In this document: positions 24,501-36,608 of the stretch, one piece after another | Position numbering within the stretch: position 1 is the stretch's first letter | Layout of the letters: every line of letters begins with the position of its first letter | DNA from: Nemertoderma westbladi | Taxonomy: Eukaryota; Animalia; Xenacoelomorpha | Direction of reading: 5' to 3' | DNA length: 64,000 bases | Assembly (NCBI GenBank): GCA_032718475.1 | Contig: JAUCBJ010008864.1 | Coordinates: 62,001 to 126,000, forward strand | The notes under the pieces: model-generated | What the model was told of the DNA's origin: nothing | The model's input: the letters and a program-made list of their open reading frames with translations, nothing else | Databases searched by the model: none | Position numbers and translations under genes: made by a program

Positions 24501-27500
24501 GGGATCTGTCTGCTTGTGGTAGCTGCCAAAATATACAATAAAATGATTCTATATAGGATTAGGCCTCATATAGAGAAACTACTGCGTAAGAGCCAAAACG
24601 GATTTCGACCAAGTAGATCAACAATAGCTCAGATACTTGCACTACGGAGACTGATTGAAGGAATTAAGTCAAAGAATCTCCCCGCAGTCATGACTTTTGT
24701 GGACTTCAAGAAGGCATTCGACTCCATCCATAGAGGTAAAATGCTTGAAATCCTAAGAGCTTATGGATTCCAGAAGTAATTGTTGCTGGCATTGGATTGT
24801 TATATTGTGACACAGAAGCGCAGGTACTCTCACCAGATGGTGAAACTGAGTTTTTCTCAATCCTGGCTGGCGTACTGCAAGGTGACACATTAGCACCATT
24901 ACTATTTGTAATTGTGCTGGATTATGCAATGAGGCCGGCCACAAAGGGTGAAGATCTGGGATTCACACTTCAAGAACGCAGAAGTAGTAGATATCCGGCA
25001 ACTACAGTGACAGACATCGACTTTGCGGATGACATCGCCCTGCTCTCTAATACGCTAGCAGATGCACAGCTTCTACTAAATAAAGTGGAGAGGGCTGCTA
25101 AGGAGGTTGGATTGCATATAAATGCTACCAAGACCGAATTCATGACCTTTAATGTTGATGGAAACTTGACAACCATTGATAATAATCAACTAAGGAAGGT
25201 CGATGACTTCCAGTACCTTGGATCATGGATAGAGAGTAGCAAAAAGGACATAGAAGTTAGGAAAGCAAAGGCTTGGGTAGCTCTATCAAAAATGGATACC
25301 ATCTGGAAATCAGATCTCTCCAGGCACCTGAAGACTAAGTTCTTTCGAGCCATAGTGGAAAGTGTATTTTTATACGGGGGTGAGAACTGGACACTGACTA
25401 AATCACTTGAACAACGAATTGATGGTTGCTACACAAGACTACTAAGGGCAGCCCTAAACATCAGCTGGAGACAACACATGACAAACGCCGAGCTTTATGG
25501 TACAATACCACCTGTATCAACCACCCTCCGTGAACGCAGATTAAGATTCAGTGGGCACTGCTGGCAAAGTAAAGACGAGGTCATACCAGATCTACTTATC
25601 TGGCAACCAACTCATGGAAAGCGTAGTCGTGGACGACCTGCCATAACGTATATAGATCAACTTGAAAGGGATACTGAACTTGGGAGAAACGAAATTGCGA
25701 CAACTATGGAGAATCGGGAAGCCTGGAAGGATCTCATTTCCACTGTCCGAGTTCGCTCGACCTAGTAGTAGTACCACTGTCTCCCACCCTTAATTTTTAT
25801 GAATTTTCAGTAGCAGCTATAGATATTCTAGGGTCACTGAAATCTCGTTTTTTGTGTTGTTACAGGCCACCGCCACGACCTGATATACAGTACATGATAA
25901 CACGACGATTCTTTTGAATTATTTATCGGATATATGTAAAGTTGACTATGTATGTTCTTAACTATCCTTCTTTATATTGGTCAGATTTCTCCCACCCCGA
26001 TAATTGCTTTTATAATTTATTTGTGAATTTTATTTTACAATATTATTTAACTCAAGTTCAGCTGAAACCTACTCACGGTGATAACATATTAGATTTGGTT
26101 TTTACAACTGATGAGGAGTTGGTTTTTTTTGTATAGAAACTCAATCCCCCTTTTCAACCAGTAATCACACACTGGTGTCGTTTAACATTAATTCCTCGCA
26201 TACTTTGAGCAATGATGGGGGTAAAGGTGGATATTATGATTACGTAAATGGTGATTATATAAGTTTTAATTCCTACATCAAGAATACCAACTTTACCACA
26301 CTTTTTGAACCATGTATTACAGTAGACGAATACTACAATGTTTTTAGTGCAGTTATTAAATCCGGTGTTGATCAGTTTATACCATTGAAATCATTCAAAT
26401 CCAGTAAAAAAAAGTATTACCCACGTTATGTACAGATTTTGCAACGGTCAAAAAAGGCGCTTTGGAGGAGGCGCGATACAGAATCCGGTAAACGCGAGTA
26501 CGAGCGCGTTGCATATCTCGCTTCTAAAGTGGCTCACAGTGCAACTTGTGCACGAGAAACAAAGTTGTTAAACTCGGGTGATCCCAACCGTATTTTCAAT
26601 TACGTTAATTCCAAACGCCAGAATAAAAGTGGTATTGGTCCTCTTAAGTACAAGGGAGGTACAATTGTTGACGATAAAATTAAGGCAAAAATCTTCTCTG
26701 AAGTACAATCCGAAAATTGTACAACTGATAACAACAATTGTTGAATCATTGTCCAATCAAGAGTTCCAAACAATGTTTCTCTGTCCGCCATAGATTTTTC
26801 ACCTGTGAATGTGTTAGCTGTGTTAAATAAAATATCTTCTAAAAAAGTACTACGCCAGACAACTTGCCTTGTATTTTATTTTCGCGTTTATCACTTTGTT
26901 TAGCAGCACCGTTATCAGCACTTTTAATATCTCCTTTTATACGCACACACTTCCATCTATTTGGCTCACAGCTATAATTGTACCATTATTTAAAAAGGGA
27001 GATCCTTGTGATCCTTATAATTATCGTCCTATTTCCCTGACGTGCATTACTTGTAAAACAATGGAAATGTGTGTTAAAAAAGAACTTAATTCATACCTAC
27101 GTAATCATAAATTAATATCTAAGGCTCAGCACGGTTTTCTCGAGCATAAATCTACTTGTACTCAGCTGCTCGAGTGTCTCAGTGATTGGTACAGTATTAT
27201 AGACGACAGGAAAAACATAGACATAGTTTATATTGATTACGCTAAGGCTTTCGATAGTTGTGTACACCCAAACGTGCTTTGTAAGTTGTCATCTTATGGT
27301 AAATCAGGAGATTTGCTTGCTTTGTTAGGAGCATTCCTCTCTAATAGAACACAACGCATTCTTGTTGGAAATTAATTTTCGGACAATGTACCAGTCTCAT
27401 CTGGCACTATCTAGGGTAGTGTTCTGGGGCCGGTTATATTTTTGATATTCATTAATGATCTCCCTGACTTGCTCAGCGCTTTAACAACTGTAAAACTATT

Positions 27501-28766
27501 TGCCGACGACGTAAAAATGTATTCCGATGCAAAAGAATGCGATGCGCTTGTTGTTGCGCTTCAGGCCTTATAGAAATGGGCAGCCGATTGGCAGTTGTCA
27601 ATCGCTTCTCACAAATGTGCTGTTATTCATGTTGGTATTTCTAATAGTAGACATATTTATAAATTAAATACCTTAGCACCAAACTCATCCTGTAAAGACG
27701 TGGGTTTAATTGTAAATAACAACCTGGCATTCGATCAATATTGCAAAGAATAGACTGTAAAGTCATACAAGGTTATAAACATGCTATTCCGTGGCATTAA
27801 AACCAAAAATTTAAACGCACTAATTCTTGCATACAAAGCATTAGTTCGTCCATTACTGGAATACTGCACACCTGTGTGGTCTCCATATTTAAAACGTGGT
27901 ATTGATCTAATAGAGGGCGTCCAACGGTATTTTACAAGACGTGTATATTTGAGGTGCAATCTACCATATTGTTGCTACGTAGACCGGTTGAAGCACTTAA
28001 ATTTACAACCTCTCGAAATACGAAGAATTATCTTTGACTTGAAGTTGGTTTACAAAATGGAAATAAACAGTGTTGATCTTCGTTTTGATCAGTTTTTTAC
28101 ACGTGCGCTACGTTTCGGTCTACGTGGTCACAGCAAATAAATTACTTGTTCCCCGGTGCCGTTTAAATATGTGCAAACATGCATTTCAATCCCGTGTTGT
28201 AAATATTTGGAATGAATTGCCTGTAGAAGTCGTTGAGTCTGCTAATTTCCATACCTTCAAACGTAAATTGCTCGGTGTTGAAATCCTGCCATATTGTTCC
28301 TTCACTATCATGCAGGGAAACCCAATATTATTTCGTAATCGTTAATTTTATTTTGTACATTTTAATCGTTAATCCATAGCAACCATTTTAACATTGTTGG
28401 CAAGTTGTCTGGTTGGCGTTAAAACTATAATTTTACTGGCGTATTTATTTATTTTTATTAATTATAGTCAAATTACATAATTACTTTTTACTTAAAACTT
28501 GTCTTAATATTCATAATTAATGGTTACTAATTACCAAAGTACGATATTTACATATATTTACAATAATTACATAATACAAATATTTACAATATTTAAATTA
28601 GTTTTACTTTTTTTTACTTTATTGGTACCCGTAGCCCCTGTGAGTGCCTTCGAGCCTGGGCGGTTCTCTCCACAACTATTATTTTAAATTACTTTCTCTT
28701 TGTGTGTAATGTTCGCATTGTTTTATATTCTTTTATCATTATGATAATCGTGTAAATAAATAAATA
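21570..28766 (+). mobile_element. LINE C, degenerate near-full-length CR1 (ORF1 ~21870-22684; APE-RT ORF2 ~22700-28345), interrupted by RTE D
   Basis: NAQSVKNK..ITETWL APE, YRPP, LDLVFT, NYRPISLT, AQHGF, IDYAKAFD, FADD, LEYCTPVWSP. Homologous to the intact CR1 at 57826-60573. (AAAT)n tail at ~28755-28766. Confidence 0.88.
22975..25770 (+). mobile_element. LINE D, RTE clade, near full length (APE plus RT), about 3 frameshifts
   Basis: 12-bp TSD GTACCACTGTCT at 22963-22974 and 25771-25782. CYSPT, GDMNA, QLDYIL, SDH, SQNGFR, GVLQGDTLAP, FADD, RSRGRP motifs. (TAG)n tail. Confidence 0.93.
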
Positions 28767-30400
28767 GTTGTAGCTATCTTAACACTTAATAGAGCATGAT
28801 CCGGTAGTCTAGATTGACCACTAATAAATCGCACACAGTTATGTTTGTCAGCACATTGTACACTGGATAAACTATTAAAATCAATGCATCTATCAAATTC
28901 CGATGAACTGGTAAGTATGTAGTCAACTACTGAGCATCCCCTACTAATAGTACAAGTATAATCATTAAATATAGCACCATTCATATCATTTGTTAATGAC
29001 CCTCTACTATTTAATATACAAAGATTACCATCGATACAAAAATCTAGCAATGCCTTGCCGTCTCCCATTAATCTCTTTATCAATAATATCACGTATCGGT
29101 AAATCAGAATCAATACCATCTAAAAGATCACAACTATCCCCGGTTCTACCATTAAGGTCACCTAAACATATAACCTGATCTACTAAGTCGCACTTAGAAT
29201 ATATATGGGACAATAGAACCAGGTAAAAGTCATCTACGTTACGCCCATACACCGAGTTCTCAGGAGGAATATAGCAACCACAAACCATTAACGAAAAATC
29301 ATTTACTAAAGACTCAATGATTAACATACCATCTATATCAGTATCAACTAAGTTGACCTTAAAATCGTTCAAAATTGACTTCTTTATGAAAATACCTACA
29401 CCCCCAGATAATCTCTAAGCCTTCTTATGGATTGTAGAGCGAGCCTTACCAATCCACTTATAATTACTAAATGAGAGATCTGTGTTGTCATCAATAAATG
29501 TTTCACAAATAATAACTATGTCAAGTTCCTCACCTAAAATAACAGCCTGTCGCAATTCACAATTAGATTGAGTCCAGCCATTTATGTTCCAGCATCGAAG
29601 CGACAGTCTTTAAATGCTGCTGGGGCTGGGGGCTAGAGTCCTAGTGCTCGCCTGCAGCCTAATTCACCGCTGGGTTCCCACCCGCTCTGTTTGCCATTTT
29701 CTTTACTGTTTATAATGTTTTTTTGTTTGTAACATTTTAATGTTTATTGGGTTACTATCAGATCGCTACCATGAAACTCCTCAGATCGTAGGATTCTTCT
29801 AAAGTTTGCATCCATCATGCGCCTTTCTTCTGATTTTTCAGGAGATAAATAGACTGACTTAAAACGTGATCCCCGTAAACCCACTTTTGATTTGAGAATG
29901 TTAACCTTATCTTCAATGCGCGAGAGCTCAATGCGAAGTGGCCAGCCGAGCCAATATGCTCAGATTTCAGGATTTTTACATCCCCATAGTTAATTACCTC
30001 TAAGATATCCCACGCCAAAGACATGAGGTTTTCCCCATTCTTACGAATGACCCCGTATGCCACTACCACTGGTTTATCGTTGATCAATCCACCTTTAACT
30101 GCATCTTTCAGTTTTATTCGAATTCGGCTCGAAGTTCGTCTTTTGCAACGTCCACAATATCCGCCACATCAGACATTATTTCCACCTTTACTGCAGCGAC
30201 TATAGCCATATTTGTGTCCTTTAAAATCTCTTTAACTTCCACGGACGTAACTGGAGCGCTGTCATCCGAGACTCGAATCTTGGTCTTCGACATCGCTTTA
30301 AACTCTAAGATTGTAGTACCGGAACTTCTTTGGGATTCGCCCATGTTACCTGCCTGCTGAGATTAAGAGTCAGTAGCAGTTCTCTGTTACGCCTACCGAG
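28767..30400 (-). mobile_element. LINE A, 5' part: degenerate ORF1 (~30344-29700) and APE endonuclease (~29600-28770)
   Basis: CWNING..ICETF, GCYIPPENS, LGDLNGRTG, SVVDYIL, PDH motifs on the same strand as the RT at 17694-20175. Confidence 0.8.
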
Positions 30401-30404
30401 ATAC

Positions 30405-31200
30405 TATTAACTTGTGCTTCAAATTATCATTTTAGAAATTTTAACATCTTTATGTTTGGTTGCTATGGTAACTGGATTTTCTAATTAACCTCGAACGGCT
30501 TGGATATGGACCTTATAGATGAGTTGTGAAACCCCAAGATTATATATATTACAGTTTTTCTACAAATAGAGTTGTGAATATAGACTTGAATGATATAGAC
30601 TTTAATAAACTACAGTTACCATGGTAACTAGATATTTCTGGAATATTTTGAGTTTCACTAACAGTTCCAACTAGTGCTCCAGATAACACATACCCAGTTT
30701 CGTAAAATTTTATTGCGAAAGTCTATGTCCAAATGAGTTATTTTAGTATAAAAACATCTGTTATCAGCGGTTGTCATGGTAACTGCAAAATTGAAAAATG
30801 AAATTCGGACACAGAATATGCTATACAGTGGGGGTAGGGGTTGGTCCCAAGTCATAACACCTTAACCTTAAGCTTCAAATTATCATTTTAAAAGTTTTAA
30901 CATCTGTTTAGCCCGGTTGCCTAGGAAACTGGATTTTCTATTTAACCTCAATCGGCTCTGCTATGGACCTTATAGTTGAGTTGAGAAACCGCAAATTTAT
31001 ATGTATTATAGATTTCCTACAAATAGAGTTATAAATATTGACTTGAAATACATAGACTTTTTTCTATGTCCGTTGTCATGGAAACCAGATTTTTCCTGGA
31101 TATGAGACCCAGCCCAAAAGATGCGCCTCGCCGAGTAGTATATACATGCAAAAATTCAGGGTACTTTTAAAGGCTAGTTTTTTCACCGGTCAAAAAAAAC
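30405..31200. repeat. Right part of the ~450-bp-unit repeat
   Basis: gcttcaaattatcatttta...ctacaaatagagtt...tagacttga recurs at ~30417 and ~30872; homologous to 17040-17470. Confidence 0.75.
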
Positions 31201-31328
31201 CAAATCTGCCTCATACAAGTAAAATAGCCCACTATGAATACACCATCTCAGCTAAGGAAAATCTTTCTTAGCGAAAGTAGTTGATTTTCCTTAGCTTCGT
31301 GGATGGTGACTGTGTTAAATCTGGAGGA

Positions 31329-33118
31329 GGTGGCATTGCTGGATAGAACTCAACCTGTGGCGGAGCTGGATGGAACTCAACCTGTGGCGGAGCAGGATGG
31401 AACTCAACCTGTGGCGGAGCTGGATGGAACTCAACCTGTGGCGGAGCTGGAAGGAACTCAACCTGTGGTGGAGCTGGATAGAACTCAGCTGGTGGTGGAG
31501 CTGGAAGGAACTCAACCTGTGGCGGAGCTGGATGGAACTCAACCTGTGGCGGAGCTGGAAGGAACTCAACCTGTGGCGGAGCTGGATGGAACTCAGCTGG
31601 TGGTGGAGTTGGATGGAACTCAACCTGTGGCGGAGCTGGATGGAACTCAATCTGTGGTGGAGCTGGATGGAACTTAACCTATGGCGGAGCTGGATGGAAC
31701 TCAATCTGTGGCGGAGCTGGATGGAACTCAACCTATGGCGTAGCTGGATGGAACTCAGCTGGTGGTGGAGCTGGATGGAACTCAGCTAGTGGTGGAGCTG
31801 GATGGAACTCAGATGGTGGTGGAGCTGGATGGAACTCAACCTGTGGCGGAGCTGGATGGAACTCAACCTGTGGCGGAGCTGGATGCAACTCAGCTGGTGG
31901 TGGAGCTGGATTGAACTCAACCTGTGGCGGAGCTGGATGCAACTCAGCTGGTTGCGGAGCTGGATGGAACTCAGATGGTGGTGGAGCTGGATAGAACTCA
32001 ACCTGTGGCGGAGCAGGATGGAACTCAACCTGTGGCGGAGCTGGATGGAACTCAGCTGGTGGTGGAGCTGGATGGAACTCAACCTGTGGCGGAGCTGGAT
32101 GGAACTCAACCTGTGGCGGAGCTGGATGGAACTCAACCTGTGGCGGAGCTGGATTAAACTCAGCTGGTGGTGGAGCTGGATGGAACTCAGCTAGTGGTGG
32201 TGCTGGATGGATCTCAACCTGTGGCGGAGCTGGATGGCACTCAATCTGTGGTGGAGCTGGATGGAACTCAACCTATGGCGGAGCTGGATGGAACTCAGTT
32301 GGTGGTGGAGCTGGATGGAACTCAGCTAGTGGTGGAGCTGGATGGAACTCAGATGGTGGTGGAGCTGGATGGAACTCAACCTATGGCGGAGCTGGATGGA
32401 ACTCAACCTGCGGCAGAGCTGGATGCAACTCAGCTGGTGGTGGAGCTGGGTGGAACTCAACCTGTGGCGGAGCTGGATGCAACTCAGCTGGTTGCGGAGC
32501 TGGATGGAACTCAGATGGTGGTGGAGCTGGATAGAACTCAACCTGTGGCGGAGCAGGATGGAACTTAACCTGTGGCGGAGCTGGATGGAACTCAGCTGGT
32601 GGTGGAGCTGGATGGAACTCAACCCGTGGCGGAGCTGGATCGAACTCAACCTGTGGTGGACCTGGATGGAACTCAACCTGTGGCAGAGCTGTATTAAACT
32701 CAGTTGGTGGTGGAGCTGGATGGAACTCAGCTAGTGGTGGAGCTGGATGGAACTCAACCTGTGGGGGAGCTGGATGGAACTCAACCTGTGGCGGAGCTGG
32801 ATGAAACTCAACCTGTGGTGGAGATGGATGGAACTCAACCTGTGGCGGAGCTGGATGGAACTCAACCTATGTCGTAGCTGGATGGAACTCAGCTGGTGGT
32901 GGAGCTGGATGGAACTCAGCTAGTGGTGGAGCTGGATGGAACACAGATGGTGGTTGAGCTGGATGGAACTCAACCTGTGGCGGAGCTGGATGGAACTCAA
33001 CCTGTGGCGGAGCTGGATGGAACTCAGCTGGTTGCGGAGCTGGATGGAACTCAGATTGTGGTGGAGCTGGATAGAACTCAACCTTGGCGGAGCTGGATGG
33101 AACTCAATCTGTGGCGGG
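31329..33118. repeat. 27-bp GC-rich minisatellite, ~66 copies (GGAACTCAACCTGTGGCGGAGCTGGAT)
   Basis: Direct inspection. Variant units CAGCTGGTGGTG and CAGATGGTGGTG; scattered stops and indels break all reading frames. Confidence 0.97.
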
Positions 33119-35580
33119 ATTACACCCTGAGATTCCATAAGATCTAGGTTCCGTTTGACCTCATCTCTATATGCAAACGGTAGGGGACGGGCTGTGTATA
33201 TTGCATACGGTTTGTAATTTTGCTGCATGTGTATGTGCATTGGGGTGCCCGTCATTGTGGGTAACTCCAACTCCGGTGAACTGCCAGCAAAAATGTCCTT
33301 GAACTTATTAACGAGTTGTTTGTAGGTGAACTCAATGGTTCTATCAGAGGCACCTGGATAACCACTGCTGAGTATCAGTGATGGTTTTAACAATACGTGT
33401 GTGCCCCTTATGGGCAGTAATATAGTTGGGAATTGGGAATTCTGGTGCTGTGAGTCCATGTTGTCTACAAACATCAAAAGACATTAGGAATCCACTGAAT
33501 TCAGGTGTCACATAAGCGACTGTATGTATCAAGCGTTCAAAATAGCTGAGATTGATTGAAATTGACACTGTGCACTCCATAGGGGTGCTGTTATTGGCAG
33601 CAATTAGTGGAATTTTGTCATTAGGGTCAACATATTTGGTTAAACCATGAATTTCAACTATATTAAATGAGATTATGGTATCATCGGCTCCTTGTATCAT
33701 AAATGGTGGGACATGAAAAATTAATTCCATAGCAGAAGATAGATACATGGAATCGCGGTGGCTTCGTGGATGCGATTCATGGAATCGCGGAAGCCGTATA
33801 AATGCTTTCAATGCCCATTGTATCAAAAAATGAGCTGGGTTCATCTTGACGAACTATGTTCGTTTGGGATGGCAAAGTTTCCTTGGGAGGAATATAATTA
33901 TGTCACAATGAAGCAGAGTCGGAACCTGACTTAAGGGAGTGGGTGAAGGTTTTGGTTTGTAGAACCCGAGCGTTTTTTTTCCACAAACTGGGTTATATGA
34001 CCCTTAATACCACAGCCATGGCAAGTGCTATTACGATGTGGGCACTCACTGCGGGGGTGGCTGGTAAATCATCTTGGGCAGGATTTCCTAGATGTAGATT
34101 GTTCGCGGTTCTTTGAAGGGTTCCACCCCTCTTGGAAGTTGATGTTTGCTGTTCAAATTCATGGAACATCTTTTGAAGCGCTGTATGATTCATTGTCCAT
34201 CTGCGCATATTAAAATGACCTCGTTCTAATATGGATGTACAAGATTTCTGTAGAGTAGATTTCTCAAGATTTCCTTCTTTTATTGAATATATGCCAGTAC
34301 ACATGTCATCTACTAGTACTTTATCGTCTAATTTTTTAATTGCTGATATGTCTGCCTTTGATGCGTTTGGAATCTCTATTATTAAGGTGATGTTCTAGAA
34401 TTGAACTGAATATATTAGGGGAAGGTGATATTCCAAATAGTGCTCTAGTGTGTCTGTAAGCCTGAATATTTAGATTATTTGGGTCTATGTTATCACAATT
34501 GTTAACAAACGCAATACATCTCTATCATGGGTCTCTATCTGACATTGCAAGACAGCATGTTTGATATCGGCTGTGACAAGTAGTAGGAAGAAAGGGTCCC
34601 TCCGGCAAGTCCTCCCTATGCTGTTCTATGGGACTTTGCTGGGAGGGCTATTAAAAATGCACAATTTTTATAGATTTCAATGACCATCTGCCGCCATCAT
34701 TGATTCGCATCGCAGCATCAACCAATGATTGATATTCAACTACGCAATGCGTGCCTGTGTTGAATGTGTTGCCCCGTGGATGGGAATATAATTTTTTTCT
34801 GCCATGGTGTTGTGGGCTAGTACTGTAGTAGGCCGGTTATTGGTACTGGAATACCCACTGGCAATTTTGTTAGTTCTGGATGCAGCTCCAGCTGCATCGC
34901 GGAGTGACTGCAAATGTGCCCGACAAACTTTTAGAACGTCATCTAGTTTCGAAAATTTTTCTCTCTTAGATCATCATCATTTATTCCAGATATTATTTTT
35001 GTCATTAATTGCTGATCACAGCAATCGGGACAAGGTTCTGAATTGCTTTGCAAATCAGACAACCGAATGTGGAAGTCATTGAAAGTTTCACCCTGAGATT
35101 GTTTGGCAAGGTAAAAATCTACACAGCGGCAAACAACATTAGTTTTTCGGTTAAAAAAAACGTGTAGGTTGCAGAGAATTTCATCAACATACATATTCTC
35201 GGTAATATGCATAATAACTCTCATTGCATGCTGCGTTTTGGGTGATAGACAACCATAAATGTGTACAACCTGTGCTTGTCTATCCAGAGACGTGATGTCA
35301 TTCACGTTATAAAAACGCTCCAATTGTTCTCGCCATGTGTTGAACTGGGAAGATTATAATCAGGAGTCAGTTGTTCAGGCTTATATTATGAATTGATCCG
35401 TCTATAATTACGGTGGGTTCTTCCAGTGGCGGATTCTACTGCGTAGAAGTCGGGTGCATGTGCACCTGGGCTCATAACGGGATCAGTAGGTCTGAATGTC
35501 CATTGTTCTTGTAGGAACTGAAGGAAGACAGACTGTTGTTCTCTATTGGCTGTTTGTTGTTCGCATAGGAACATTAATAA
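33119..35580 (-). mobile_element. Degenerate Ty3/Gypsy (Mag-like) gag-pro-start of RT
   Basis: Gag KQSQGETFNDFHIRL..QLMTKIISGIND, knuckle CPHRNSTCHGCGIKGHI (~34000-34050), frameshifted DTGAD protease (~33690), ARPLPFAYRDEVKRNLDLMESQGVI. Confidence 0.75.
34140..34560 (-). mobile_element. Degenerate BEL/Pao RT fragment embedded in the Gypsy remnant
   Basis: AYRHTRALFGISPSP and LVDDMCTG...ILERGHFNMRRW resemble BEL RT motifs. Confidence 0.55.
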
Positions 35581-36063
35581 GGATGGAGAAATACTGGAAT
35601 CATCCAGAATTTCTCCAGTAGCCCTGTCATCAGGTGCACTCGTTTCTCTAATATAACATAAAACAGCGCAACGCCTAGAGTCTGTGTTAGTTTTAGATGA
35701 ATCTCAAATTCGTTGACCCAATCCCTTAGTTTTTCGCGTGTAGAGTCAGTGACATTCGCAAGGGATGGAAAATCTGAAGACATGACAGTTTATTGGAATG
35801 GAATGATCTGATCAGGCCTAGTACCGGAATATGGAATAGACAAAAAAAATTGTGTAAACCAACCATATCAGTGTTCCATGCGTCAGTCTAACTAAATTCA
35901 GCAGTATCAGTGTAGGCCTAGCTGTTTTGGGGAGTTCTGCATTCCTGAATTCAGATTTAACAGTTTAATGAAGTGTTGTTGGGCTGTAGGCAGGCAGAAG
36001 GTTGCAAACTACAGGAACTGCACCATCTTAAGAACTCGGTTGTGGTTCTATATCACAATATTA

Positions 36064-36280
36064 TGGTGGTGATTTGGGGCCATAAAAAATATGCCTAAAA
36101 TATTTGCTGTGAGAACAAATTAGGAATATTTTCTGAAAAAATTATGAATATTTTTCAGAAAAAAAATTAGGAATATTTTTTCAGAAAAAAAATTAGGAAT
36201 ATTTTTTCAGAAAAAAAAATTAGGAATATTTTTTCAGAAAAAAATTAGGAATATTTTTCCAGATAAAAAAATCACCACCA
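36064..36280. mobile_element. MITE-like element with an internal AT-rich minisatellite
   Basis: TIR TGGTGGTGATTT / AAATCACCACCA flanked by TA on both sides. Internal ~5 copies of aaattaggaatattttttcagaaaa. Confidence 0.6.
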
Positions 36281-36608
36281 TAATTGTCTGACTGCTTGTT
36301 ACTGACAAGACAAGACTGTAGAATGTTTAAAGTACTGGTACCGGTACTAGACCTGAGACCTGTAGACTAATGTCTAGTCAGCTACAGAGCAGCAGAGCTA
36401 GAGTACTGAAGTACAGACTTCTTTCTTTAGTTTGTAGTTAGTAAAGCTATAAGCATAAGCATATGCGGTGTTGGAGGCTAGGCCTATTCAGTACCGTATT
36501 TAGCTATTTTGCACTTAGCAACTCAAGAGTGTTAAGTTTTAGGCCTACTGTGTTATAGCATGTCAGCTCAGCATATGTAGCAAAGGATTTGAATAATGGT
36601 ACACCTTC

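Noticed and set aside
31303-33147. Many repetitive ORFs (AELDGTQPV, SWMELNLWR, SSIQLRHRL) suggesting a repeat protein
   Set aside because: By-product of a 27-bp unit that is open in several frames. Scattered stops and indels, and no unique coding flanks.
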